From positions 78,678,001 through 78,742,000 of the forward strand of contig NC_043004.1 in assembly GCF_006345805.1 (NCBI RefSeq): a stretch of 64,000 nt of DNA, given 5' to 3'. The notes beneath the pieces are model-generated. The model had not been told where the DNA came from, made no database searches, and saw only the letters and a program-made list of their open reading frames with translations. Position 1 is the first letter of the stretch, and each line of letters begins with the position of its first letter. The position numbers and the translations under genes were made by a program. The DNA comes from Octopus sinensis (Eukaryota). This document shows, in pieces, positions 26,490 to 39,839 of the stretch.

Positions 26490-27330
26490 AAATGCCAGTC
26501 TAAATGCCTTGTTGCAGTTCTCTCTCATAGCCAGCAAGCCATGGCATAACTTCAAGCTGCGTACGAAGCTGCTTTCTGGTGCAAAAGGTTTGCAGTTGCA
26601 TATCAGGCGAAGGTTAGTGCCAGTGGAAATGGAGTTTCTTCGATGGCTTGTTCAATGTAAATTGCCCTACAAAGTACAGTTGAAAGATTTGAAGATCTTG
26701 ATTTCAGCAGGTTCAAGCGATCCTATCCTATGGTAAATCTGTCCCTGCACTTTGAAAGTTGGCATAAACCCGCCTTCTTGAACAACATTAGCGCCGAAAG
26801 CTGTTATTTGGAATGCACAATTGTACTTCCAGATGTTATTGAGGAAATGTTTCGACTCTGTAGTTGTGCCAGTGTAGAGTAACTTCAACAGCTGTGGTGG
26901 ATCCTGCAGCGGAGTGGGGTTAACTTTTCCATTAGCGCAACACATAGCAAGAGTTTCTCTTGACCACTTCTTGGCATTTCAGAAAGAGCAAGTGATGGAC
27001 ATATCTCCAATGTTCATATCTGGGTGGCAATCATAATGAAGCTCAGGGTAGGGTTGTAGTCGAAAACCTTTAATGACCATCGTGAGCTGTGAAAATCCTC
27101 GTCTATGAGCTCTTTGTTGAATGGGAGTCTGCAGCGTAATATATCTCTGTTGTAAGGTGTGGAAAGCTTGCGCAGCAGCCATGTTGGCAGCATTCCTGAC
27201 CAGGCGTGTAGTGCGTTCGTTTTTGTTCTCCGCAGCTCGTACAGCAATAGTTGACGCAGTATTAGCAGTTCGTCTGAGTTTACGCTGGTGTTCAGTCTCT
27301 GCAAGTTGTGTAGCAGCAGTACAAATTAAA
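26490..27330 (-). mobile_element. Helitron Rep/helicase N-terminal fragment, frameshifted
   Basis: MCCANGKV...ESKHFLNNIWKYNCAFQITAFGA...PTFKVQGQIYHRIGSL is characteristic of Helitron N-termini; basic R/A-rich leader upstream. Confidence 0.85.
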
Positions 27331-27498
27331 CTTAATTTCCATTCACATATTTGCATTTCAAAAATTTAACATTATAATCTTTTCCATAAATCAATTCAAC
27401 TATCGTAAACATTTTATACGATGACGTCACATAGTCTATATGTGTGTGTGTACCTTAAAAGACATCAATCATCACGACACACACCTTCACTCATTTAT

Positions 27499-27560
<62 letters not shown>

Positions 27561-27714
27561 GTCCATTTCATATAGACGCACATATATCTTTCACTTTCTT
27601 TCTCTGTCCTTTTCGCTTTCTCTTCTTTCAGTTTCTGCTCCCTTCAAATAAATTTTTACGGAATAAGCGAGAGAAACACAGAAAAGACGTAATCTCACCA
27701 GAAACAAGTATAAA

Positions 27715-28640
27715 GCAAGGATGATTGTAGAAAACCGAAGGCGCGAGTCTGAGGACAGAAGCGAGATGAGATTTTCTCAAGATCAGCAAATGCATGTTGC
27801 AGTACTTAATGCTGGATCAATTAAATCAATGTTTTAATGATTAGACAGCGGTCCAATAGAATAGCTCTCAGAAACAGACTATGTACAAATTCGTTCTTCA
27901 TAACTCTTGAAGCTGTTTTCAGATATGATCCATACCATTCTTATAAAAATGATAATTCTGTCCAAATTGGTGTGCTAAACACAAATTGTCTTTTCTGTAG
28001 AGCTTTAAAATTTTCAAATGAAACAAATGGTATGTGCTGCTCAGGCGGTCAGGTATTATTGCCAGCACTACCAGCTCCTTCTCAAACTCTTATGCATCTT
28101 CTAGAAGGCACTTCCATCCAGTCAAAGGATTTATTGAACAATATCAGACAATACAACTCTGCATTTCAAATGGCATCGTTTGGTGCATCTAAGAAGATAG
28201 ATAGACATGAATTTACGCCGACGTCAAAGTTCAAGGACAAGTCTATCACCACATTGGTTCCATGTTACCCATAAATGAACAACCGCAGTTCTTCCAAATT
28301 TACTGTATGAGTGATGTAGGACAACGAACCCGAAGGAGATGTTAAAATTTCAGATGATGGGTCGTGATAGACACAGCACTGCTGCAAGAGAGTATATCTA
28401 CTGACAGCTTTTTGGTGCGTTCAAAAATCACATAATCCCCACTCCTAATTGTCCATGACAGGTTAGGGCCCGAAATACTCCAAACGGACGCATAGCGTGT
28501 TGCTTAGTCGAATTAGCATTTACTCCACAAATGTTTTGTTGTCAAAGCTGCTCTTTCCCATATCATCTGTTTCAACATAATTGAATACATTATTACAAAC
28601 GATGCCATTTTAATCCCGAGCAACGCCGGAATCTCTCTAT
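27715..28640 (+). mobile_element. Second Helitron N-terminal fragment followed by a 3' hairpin end
   Basis: FRYDP...C.FC.ALKFSNETNGMCCSGGQV...NNIRQYNSAFQMASFGA; cccgagcaacgccgg hairpin at about 28617-28632. Confidence 0.8.
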
Positions 28641-28653
28641 ATATATATATATA

Positions 28654-28727
<74 letters not shown>
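28636..28727. repeat. (TA)n microsatellite
   Basis: Directly visible. Confidence 0.95.
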
Positions 28728-28730
<3 letters not shown>

Positions 28731-29429
28731 GGGCAGTTTGTCTGTTTGTGTGCGTGTCTGTCAGGTTGGTACCCCACCTCTGACCACGGCTTTCAACCGA
28801 TCTGATGAAACTTGACACACACATTGGCCCAATGTATAATTCAAAACTAACGCAGTGAAAGTTGAAAAGTTCCCCCAGTTCTGAAAAAAATCGAAAATTC
28901 GACATGGGTCGAGAATCAGAAACGCAAACCACAGATAGTCTAGGGGACGCAACTCGACCTTTTAACTCTCAAAAAAAATTTACCATAATTTTTTTTTCCA
29001 TTTTTTTGCTATTTTTTTGGCTATATAACTCTTATATCTAATATATATATATATATATAATATATATAATAAAACGGCAGTTTGTCTGTGTGCGTGTCTG
29101 TCAGGTTGTACCCTCCCTGACCACGGCTTTCAACCGATTCTGATGAAACTTGACACACACATTGCCCAATGTCATAATTCAAAAACTAACGCAGTGAAAA
29201 GTTGAAAAGTTCCCCCAGTCTGAAAAAAAATCGATAAATTCGACATGGGGTCGAGAATCAGAAACGCCAAACCACAGATAGTCTAGGGGACGCACACTCG
29301 ACCTTTTAACTCCAAAAAAATTTACCATAATTTTTTTTCCATTTTTTTGCTATTTTTTGGCTATAACTCTCTAAAAATGCTTTATAGTTATTCCCTTACA
29401 AACCCGAGCAACGCCGGGCGATACTGCTA

Positions 29430-29431
<2 letters not shown>
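28715..29431 (+). mobile_element. Two tandem copies of a non-autonomous Helitron
   Basis: About 330-bp unit repeated (28715-29030, 29037-29431) in (TA)n; second copy ends cccgagcaacgccggg...CTAG|T. Confidence 0.75.
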
Positions 29432-29464
<33 letters not shown>

Positions 29465-29861
29465 ATATATATATATTTTATATTAGTATATGCATGTATG
29501 TATGTATGAGGACTTGCTACAAATATCAAAGAAATGACAACGCACAGGTTATAATTATTTCTATAACTAACAATTTAAAAGATTGTTAAAGAGAATTTTT
29601 TAATAACATGAACTGTCTCTATAAAGAATCAAATAAAAAATAGTGGAAAGTTTTGTAAATAGGGGCAGAGTATGGTTGAATATTTATGAGAATTTGCAGC
29701 ATGTAAGATGTTTTTAAGCAATTCCAGAACAACAAAAGCCGTTACTTTCACTACAAAATTTAAATTTCGTTTGTGTCTAAATATTTTCGTTCTTTGAAAC
29801 CACGGCAAAACCCTGACGAAAATTCGTGCTGCATGTTTTGCCAGTGAACAAATCTCGATTC

Positions 29862-29925
<64 letters not shown>

Positions 29926-31161
29926 GAATGGATTACAACCATCTGCTCTTCAATTGGTTTTAATAATATCATTATGTAGAAGACAAAATCGTAAAACGTT
30001 TTTGCACAAATATTTGTTTTCATCTTCGTTTATAGCATAGATAATTTTTTAATCTGAAATGCCACCTTTGTCCTACAGGACGCGTTGGTCGGCCCGAGGC
30101 TATGGTTGAAAATATTTACTGGCAAACAGAGTGGGGAGAGGAACAGGACAATTCAAACGATCCGATTTTTTCCCTAAAGAAAATGGATATTCTTCCCAAC
30201 CACACGGTTCCGGGTACAGTCCCACTGCATGGCACCTTGGGCAAAAACTGGAGTTTAAAGGACATGTTGAATACCTATTACACCATTAAAAAATTTTTTT
30301 TTTACTCGAGTCAAACACTAGAGTTTAAAGGTCATGGTCTGACAATGGGAATTTTCCGAGTCCTCTCCTCCACCCAACCCCGTTCGCGAGCGCGCATTTA
30401 TTTTTTCATATTCGTTTACAGCAAGTTTTTTTACACCTATTATATCATTTCTTTTTTTTTGCTCGGGGTCAAACCCTTTATTTTTACCTATTTTCATTCC
30501 TTTAACTGGATTAAAGTAATTCAAAGATTAAAGTTACCTCCCTTTAACTACCTTATCTTTACTCTCTCTTTTACTCTTTTACTTGTTTCAGTCACCGCCT
30601 TTAGTCGAGCAAATCGATCCCAGGACTTATTCTTTGTAAGCCTAGTACTTATTCTATCGGTCTCTTTTGCCGAACCGCTAAGTTACGGGGACGTAAACAC
30701 ACCAGCATCGGTTGTCAAGCGATGTTGGGGAGACAAACACAGACAACACACACACACACACACACATATATATACATATATACGAGGAGCCTCTTTCAGT
30801 TTCCGTATACCAAATTCACTCACAAGGCTTTGGTCGACCCGAGGCTATAGTAGAAGACACTTCTCAAGGTGTCATGCAGTGGGACCGAACCTGGAACCAT
30901 GTGGCTGGTAAGCAAGCTACTTACCACACTGCCTACTCTTATGTTAATCCCACACTGCCTACTCTTATGTTAATCCCATAATAATCTTGAAGTAATCAGT
31001 TTTATTAGTATCCTGACATGAATAATGTTGTTTTAATGAGACATAGTAAATATATTCAAGAAAGAAATAAGTCAAATAAAAATGAGGCGAAATGGAAATG
31101 GAATAATTACCAAATGAAATATATATATTAGTCTTCACCATTTTATATTTTGATGCATGAC

Positions 31162-31280
<119 letters not shown>

Positions 31281-32249
31281 ATGAATACATACAAACATAT
31301 TTATACACACACACACATAGATATAGATATATAGTTAGATACATACATACACACATTTACACACGCGCGTGCACATATATATATATAAATGGAACAAAAA
31401 CGCAATAGAGGTTGTTAAGACGTTCGGACATATATACGACACAAAGGCAGACAAGCGAAACGACAATTAGAAGGACAGGCAAAAAAACCAGATCATTCTT
31501 GGCTTTCTTTCATCAGTCAAGTACCAGAAGTCACGACCATTTTGGACAGTTACACTTGGGATGGTTTGATCTGGTTGTCCCCCAAAAAGTCTAAACTAAG
31601 AGCATTAGATCCCTTTGTAAGAAAGCTAGCGAATGTGTATGGCAACAAAGACGAAAAAAAAACAAACGAACAGAGAACATGGTACACAATTACGAACACA
31701 ACAAGAAGAAATAACAACAGATGTCTTTCGACTGAGAATGATTCAAATTGAGCTGGCATATATGAAGTAAAAGCCTATATATATATATATATATATATTA
31801 CATACATACATATTTACACAAACACACACACACACATAAATCTATTTTTTTTTTTTGCTTGTTTCAGTTAGATGGTAGCCATGCTGGAGCATTGAAGGGT
31901 TTAGTAAAGAAAAAATTGACTTATTTTTGAAAGTCTGCTACTTATCCTAACAGTCGCTTTTGCTGAACTACTAAGTCAAGGGGATGTAAACAAACCAACA
32001 CCAGTTACCAAGCAGTGGAGGTGGGGGACGAACACAAAGGCACACATGTCTATTAAATATCACTCAGAAGGCATTGGTAGGCTCAGGGTTTAAAGTAGAA
32101 GACACTTGCCCAAGGTGCTGTGCGGTGAAACTGAACCAGAACTCACATGGTAGCAAAGCAAGCTTGTGTGCGTGTGTGGGAGGGGGGGTTGAGGTCATGT
32201 GGTCTAGTTGTTAGGTTGTTGTGCTCACAATCTAGTGATTGTGGGTACG

Positions 32250-32800
32250 ATGACTTTCGGAAACAGTTTTTCACACTCAGAGATGCTGAAGTATGGAACA
32301 AACTACCTGCCTCGGATATTAATTGCTGAGACATTACATCCTTTAAATCCTCCATGCTTCCTGAAATTTGCCAACATTACACCTGATGTCCCCCACGTCC
32401 ATATGCATGCACACGTGTATATCATGAGTCATACACTCTTCACTTACCTGACTTTTGTACATAATTCTATGTACCTATTTCTTTACTACCCACAAGGGGC
32501 TAAACACAAAGGGGACAAACAAGGACAGACAGACGGATTAAGTTGATTATATCGACCCCAGTGCATAACTGGTACTTATTTAATCGACCCTGAAAAGATG
32601 AAAGGCAAAGTCAACCTCAGTGGAATTTGAACTCAGAACATAATGGCAGACGAAATACGGCTACTCATTTCGCCTGGCGTGCTAACGATTCAGCTGGCTT
32701 ACCACCTTTTTTTGTACATAATTCTATGTACCATACATACACCTTTAATGAGTTGTAGTGCACCTGAGCACTGTACACAATAATTTCATTATTATTATGA
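32250..32800 (+). mobile_element. CR1-type LINE 3' end split by a SINE insertion
   Basis: FRKQFFTLR.AEVWNKLPA; the SINE at 32476-32706 is flanked by 23-bp direct repeat ttttgtacataattctatgtacc; (ATT)n-like tail. Confidence 0.7.
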
Positions 32801-33024
32801 TTCTTAGAGCAAGCAGCACATTCTATTCCTGAGCAAAACACATTTCCCATTGCCCCAGTCCACTCTGCTGTAAACAGGTGCACCCTGCAATGGAATAACC
32901 TTCCAATCGGGATGTGGGGTGGGGTACTATTGCACTGCCTCCCTAGCCATTCAAAACTAAAACAATGCAGAATGCATTGTGATCAGTCTGATAGTCTGAC
33001 TGATTACTTGATATGATGATGGGC

Positions 33025-33530
33025 ATGAGCACCATACGAGCGTGATCGTTGACAGAGCGACTAACCGGCTTTCATGCCAGTGGTACATAAAAGGCACCAT
33101 TCGAGTGTGATCGTTACCAGCTTCGTTTTACTTGCACTTGTGCCCCGTGCGAGTAGGGTGCTAAGAGCACCATCTGAGCGTGATCGTTGCCTGAGCGGCT
33201 AACTGGCTTCTGTGCCGGTAGCATGTAGGAGGCACCATTCGAGTGGGATCGTTACCAGCATCATCTTACTGGCACCTGTGCCATTGGCATGTGTAAAAAA
33301 TTCGAGCAAGGTCGTTGCCAGTACCGCCTAACTGGCCCCCGTGCCGGTGGCACGTAAAAGCACCCACTACACTCTCGGAGCGGTTGGCGTTAGGAAGGGC
33401 ATCTGTAGAAACTCTGCCAGATCAGATTGGAGTCTGGTGCAGCCATTTGGTTCGCCAGCCCTCAGTCAAACCGTCCAACCCACTGCTAGCATGGAAAGCG
33501 GATGTTAAACGATGATCATCATGATGATGA
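33025..33530 (+). mobile_element. SINE/LINE-tail family B (internal ~60-bp repeats; tail gcatggaaagcggacgttaaac(GAT)n)
   Basis: More than 15 copies, e.g. 8160-8310, 9865-10230, 18930-19205, 20720-20970, 36150-36400, 39840-40560, 41695-41950, 49635-50000, 53685-54000, 55640-55900, 63635-63770. Confidence 0.85.
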
Positions 33531-34040
33531 TATACATACATACTCTTACATGTATGTAGACAGATATAGGTATATATTAATGCTTGTTTCTAAGTTATAT
33601 GTGAAAACAATTTAACATTAAGCTGGTACTTTTTAGCTGAGTTCATGTTTATTAACTTTTACTAGGAAAAGGTTGACAGTGATTTCAAAGTTTCAGCTCG
33701 CTTGAAGATAAAGTGTGTGACTCGAAGTTAGAAATTCTTTGAAGAAATATGCTCTTTGATATCTGATTCTCTCTCCCACCTGATTAATGTTGGTTCTTAA
33801 TTTTGGCACAAGGCTAGCAACTGTGGGTGGTGTGGGGGAGAGCAAGTCAATTACATCAACCCCAGTGCTCAACTGGTACTTATTTTATTGACCCCAAAAG
33901 AATGAAAGGCAAAGATGGTCTTGGCAGAATTTGAACTCACAGTGTACAGACAGATGAAATGCCACTAAGCATTTTTTTTCCGGTCTGCCAATGGTTCTGC
34001 CAGCTCGCCACCTTCAACCTATTAATATTAATAAAATACT

Positions 34041-34256
34041 AAGGTGTTGATCTGGTGGAAATGTTAGCACACTGGATGAAATGCTCAGCAGTATTTCATT
34101 TGTCTTTATGTTCTGAGTTCAAATTCTGCTGAGGTCAACTTTGCCTTTCATCGTTTCAGGGTTGATAAATTAAGTACCAGTTGCATACTGGGGTCGATTT
34201 AATCAACTGGACCCTTCCCCAGAAATTTTGGGCCTTGTACCTAGAGTAGAAAAAAA
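34041..34256 (+). mobile_element. SINE family C with 12-bp TSD taataaaatact
   Basis: Direct repeat at 34029-34040 and 34257-34268. Confidence 0.8.
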
Positions 34257-35584
34257 TAATAAAATACTGATATATATGACTTCATTTTTATTTCTTCTGT
34301 TTAAAATACAGCTCCATTCTTTTTTTATGACTTCATTTTCTTTTTGATATTGTATTTGTATTTGGTTATTGTTAGGTAAAATATAAGTGATGTTGCATTA
34401 AGAGTGTGCTTGAAATAGCAGCTGAATGACATGGTTTGACAGACAACGAGGAGGCTGAGATAGTTTCATTAAATACATTTAGTTTTATTTTACAACAGTA
34501 AATAAAAACATTCACACATTATGACAGCACAAAAGTTCATTAAATTATTTATGAATACCATGAAATAATTGCTGTTGAATAATCTCAAGGTGTGGTTCAG
34601 CCAAGAATGGAAAAGGCGGTGAGCTGGCAGAAACGTTAGCACACCGGGCAAAATGCTTAGCAGTATTTCCACAGACATCTGTGCTTCTTAATATAGTTGC
34701 CAGGGAGATTCAGGGTGACACAGAATGTGACAAGACTGGTCCTTTTGGAATTGCAGGTACAACTCATTTTTTATCAGCTGAATGTACTGGAGCAATGTAA
34801 AATAAAGTATCTTTCATAAGGACTTAACATGCTGCCAGGAATTGAACTCATGATCTAACAATCATGACCCAAATACCCTAACCAGTAAGCCACACTTTCA
34901 CTTAGTTTGCATTCCCATACCTCAACTACATGTCATTCATAAATATAAAAGAAAAAGGAAAAAAAAAAGTTTCTAAAAAAAATGTAGGTGAGTAATCTCA
35001 TTCATTATTAAGTAGAATGATATAATTAATACTGATTAACAAAGACTGCGAACTCTTAATGAAAACGTGAGAAATAACCAAATATAGGAAGAATAACTTT
35101 TGAACTTCTCCAAGAGATAAAAACATCAGATCGATCCGTTTGAATTAAACGTCATTTAACCTGAAAAGCTGAGTACAATACAATACAACTAATGAGAGAT
35201 ATGGTTCCATTTGGTCTCAGGTGATTGCTTATCTTAGCAAATATATTCATGTTTGATCACATTTGACGTAATTAATCAGCAAATGATCGCTTATTATCTC
35301 TGACCAATGCAGGAACTGGTATGATTTCTCAAAGTGCTGTAATTTACTGAGCTGTATCTCTCGGAATATATACAGAAATGTAGGTCAAGTTTTATTTACA
35401 ACAATTTTTTATTAGCTTTATTTTATTCATTTATGATTCATTCACGCATTGCTGTCTCTTGGAGTGTTTTATAAAACTAAGAAGACGTGGAGATATTTAC
35501 TGACACCAGACTTTTAGCTGTTTGTCTGTTTCATTCATCAAACTTCAAGGTATTTCATTATAACTGCAAATAATAACTCTTAAA

Positions 35585-35790
35585 ACACACACACACACAC
35601 AATATACATACATGTATGCATGTATGTATATTATGCCAACATTGACAATGGATGCTAAATGATGATGATGATGATGATGACACACATAAACACACACATA
35701 AATACACACACACAAACACACATACACACAAACACACACACACAAACACACACACACAAACACACACACACACACACCTACACACATCTG
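35585..35790. repeat. Compound (CA)n/(GAT)n low-complexity tract
   Basis: Directly visible. Confidence 0.9.
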
Positions 35791-36506
35791 CATGGGCGTA
35801 TGTAGCGAAGTGTTTGAGTATTTCAGTGTTTCAAATTTAATGTTGAATAGTTTTCTGCTTTGCTGAAACTAAATTTCTTGACATTTGTGGAGAACGTCTG
35901 TTATATTTTGATTCCGAGGAAAGAAGTGATGCATTGGCAATGGGATGGGGGCCAGGGAAGGGACAGTTGGGGAATTTGATATTTGATCAAATTGAAACAA
36001 TCAGTCCAAACTATGCACATATGTCTTTACACATGCATGCATGCACACACACACACATGCATACAACATCTAGTTATCTATCTGTCAGTCTTCTGGCAAT
36101 CTATACACACACAACACACACACACATCATCATCTTTGTCATCATCACCATTGTTTAACGTCTGTTTTCCATGCTGGCATGGATTGGATGGTTTGACTGG
36201 GGACTGGCAAGCCAGGAGGCTGCACCAGGCTCCAGTCTGATCTAGCAATGTTTCTATAAAGCTGGATGCCCTTCCTAGCACCAACTACTCTGAGAGTGTA
36301 GTGGGTGCTTTTTACATGCCACTGGCACGGGAGCCAGTCAGGCAGCACTGGCATCGGCCATGCTCAAATGGTACTTTTTATATGCTACCAGCACAGGAGC
36401 CAGTTGTGGCGGGGTGGGAGTGGGGGCTGGCATTGACCAACCTGCGTTCGTCCGTTGTCCACGCTGGCATGGGTTGGATGGACGTTAAATGATGATGATG
36501 ACGATG

Positions 36507-36549
<43 letters not shown>

Positions 36550-37355
36550 GATTGCCAGACAGACGGACAGATATATATACACATATATACACACATATAA
36601 AAATTGATCGGATAAGAGAAGCGAAATAAAACAATGGATGTTTATTCCATTGGCTGACAGCTGTTTTGTAATCTGTGTTACTTGCATAAGTGATGCTGTC
36701 ACACACATATATAAATGAATATACAAAGGTACATATGAATGTATACACACACACACACATATATACATACACAAACATATATACAGGGTGAGATGGGTAG
36801 ATTGTCGCCAGTTTATATTTTTTATTTTGTGCATGTACATTGTTTGTTTTTGATTTTGTCGACTACACAGTATCGTAGGGTCAGTTGGGTACCATCTGTG
36901 AGAAAAACAGCACCATAACACAATTCACTCTGCCAAAAATTTGGAAACGACACACTGTACTGCTTGGCATTCATGCCAGAAGCTCCAATATGAACAGATG
37001 GTGAACACCAAGAACAACAATTAGCTTGCTCATGTTTTGCAACCTGCTTCATGTAGTATTAATTTCTGTGTTGATGAAATTATCCTCACACCCTTTCATT
37101 AATATTCTTGCTCAGCATTATGCAATACAATTTTTTTATTCACAAGTCAATGCAAATTAAGAAAGCAAGCTCCTCAGATCACCAGAACGTCATGGATACA
37201 CCAACAGTCCAACTCATCATCATCATCATCATTGTTTAATGTCTGCTTTCCATGCTGGCAACAACAACAACAACAACAGCAACAGCAGCAGTAGCAGCAG
37301 CAGCAACATCAAAAAATACCTTAGGAATGAGAATCCAGGTTCAAAATTTCCCCAA

Positions 37356-37401
37356 GACACCTGATGAAGGCTGGAGGGTATATCAACCGAAACGTTGTGT
37401 T
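37356..37401 (+). ncRNA. Minimal type-I hammerhead ribozyme motif (Penelope-type), best-preserved copy
   Basis: GACAC-CTGATGA-A-GGCTG-loop10-CAACC-GAAA-CG-TT^-GTGTT: core intact, stem I 4 WC + 1 GU, one mismatch in stem II, palindromic ACGU stem III. Confidence 0.65.
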
Positions 37402-38057
37402 AACAACAAACAAGATGAGGACAAATATCTGTCAAATGTAAATAATGTAAATAATTCCTCATCTCTTAAATATAGAACTGTGTAGAAACTTTGCCAGATT
37501 GGATTGGAGTCTGGTGCAGTTTCCTGGCTTGCCAGTCCTCAGTCAAATCGTCCAACCCATGCCAGCATGGAAAGTGGATGTTAAACGATGATGATGATGA
37601 TGATGATGATGATAATGATGATGTTATTGCTTCTGCTCAACCAAAATTGAAGAACAAAGTGCTTGATGTTTGGTGTGTTTCCAAGAGATGCAACACCAGC
37701 CAGATCCAGTTGCACTCTTTGACTCCAAGCCGGGATCACCTGCTGAACTCTTGCAAGTAAAAAATTGATGCAACCACAGACCCCCCTCATCATTTAATAC
37801 CTGTCCTCCATGGTGGCATGGGTTGCACATTTTGATAGGAGATGGCAAGGCTGGGAACAGTACCAGGTTTCATTGTCTGTTTAGGTCTTGTTTCCATGGC
37901 AATTGCTTCCTAATGCCAACCACTTTATAGAGTGTACTGGGTGCTTTATATGTGGCCCCATCACCAGAAAAAACAAAAAAAAAGAACCCCAAAAAACATG
38001 CTCAAAATACTGAGGAAAACAAAAATCAGCAAAGCTGTTGGATGTGAGCAAATTTCT

Positions 38058-38545
38058 ATCTATAATAATAATAATAATGAAATTATTGTATACAGTGCTC
38101 AGGTGCACCACAACTTGACAAAAGTGCATATAAAGTATATGCATTAATGTACAAATGCCTAGAAAGCGAACAGTGTATGAGTCAGATACATGCTTGTGTG
38201 TATGGAGGAGAGAAAATCAGGTGTAGTGTTGGCGAGCCTCAGGAAGCATGGAAGTTTTGAAGGATGCAGTGCTCCGACAACTAACAACTGATGCTGGCAG
38301 TCTGTTCCATGTTTCAGCAACTCTTAGTGTGAAAAAATGTTTCCGAAAGTCAATGGAGCTGTGCTGTTTTCTGACTTTGTAAACATGTCCACAGGTGTTA
38401 GGCAGGTGGAGTTTGAAAAGGTGCTCAGAGTTGGCTCTTTATGCTTTGGTTCCTGTAAATAGCTCAACTGTAAAATAATGAGCTGGATGGGGTTCTCTGT
38501 GAATGAGGGGTTATGCAAGGTGCTGAGGTGTCACTCAAGATATAG
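38058..38545 (-). mobile_element. CR1-type LINE 3' end with (ATT)n tail
   Basis: Minus-strand YKVRKQHSSIDFRKHFFTLRVAETWNRLPASVV...FKTS; same family as 32250-32800. Confidence 0.75.
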
Positions 38546-39839
38546 CTGAGGGCTTCCACTAAAGGTTCTCTTCCATTTGTATTTCTTATGAAACATTAGT
38601 ACTACAAAAAAAAAAAGATGGTGTGTCACTTACCAGGCATCTGTCAACTCCTTGTTAATTATTCAAAAAGATTAATACTGGACCACTGAGTTTAGATAAT
38701 GCAAGGTATTAAATTTCAAATAATTACAGTGAAGTATGAAATGGTCTTCTCTCTATCCATGGAGATAGTAAGACATCTGGGAAACTTTTAAATCATATTC
38801 TTGGCTTTTAAAAACATCTCAACATCATAATATAATCTTTGTGGCTTTTAAAAATCATTTTAAGTATCTGAAAATGAAGACATTGAGCAGACACATGATC
38901 AAAGATATTCCAATTGTGGCCATTATTCCCAGGTAGAGGTCATCCAGGACCATGGAAAACAATATCGAAGATGGTAGGATGTGATTCGTGGGAAATTTTG
39001 TTTTTATTTCTAGCAAGTTGAACGACCACATTAAGAAGTATCTATATGATCATTTGACTATCTTAATCCACACATTACACCATCTTAGATTCTGAATTAT
39101 ATGGTCCTGGATGTAACAGAAAGGAAAAAAAGAAGAAATGTACCTTGGGTAAAAACAGAGTGGCCATGAACAACGAAATATCTTTCCCTGTGTGTCTCTT
39201 CTCATTCTTGGTCAAAATAGCATTTAGTTTTGAATAGCTGGTCTTTGCTTTTTGCTCCTTTGAACATGTGACTGTCAGTGATGTAGTGTGCGTACAGGGT
39301 TGACAGGCAATTGATTTGAGCACAAAATTTCAAAAGAAAAAATATATATTCTTCTACTCACTTCAGTCATGCTGGGGCACTGTCTTGAAGAATTTTTAGT
39401 TGAGCGAATTGACCTCGATACTTACCATTTTTTAAAGCCTGGTACTTATTTTATTGGTCTTTTTTGTTGAACTGCTAAGTTAAGGGAATGTAAACACACC
39501 AACACCGGTTGTCAAGCTGTGGTGGAGGACAAACAAACACATCACACACATACACCTATTATTCAATTGTAGTATTGTCTTGCAACAGTAAGCATTTGGA
39601 TATAAGTAGGTATCCTTCCAGTCAAGGTGGTGATCTGGCAGAAATGTTAGCAAGCCGGGTGAAATGCTTAGCAGAAATTTCATCTGCCGCTACGTTCTGA
39701 GTTCACATTCCACTGAGGTCGACTTTGCCTTTCATCCTTTTGGGGTCGATTTAATAAGTATCAGTTACGCACTGGGGTCGATGTAATCGACTTGATCCGT
39801 TTGTCTGTCCTTGTTTGTCCCCTCTGTGTTTAGCCCCTT

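Noticed and set aside
30102-30911. Longest ORF in the window (269 aa)
   Set aside because: Runs through garbled and intact SINE A sequence and microsatellite; no protein-like motif; probably low-quality sequence.
39075-39323. Non-repeat ORF (82 aa) with a possible internal donor
   Set aside because: No recognisable motif, acceptor or partner exons.
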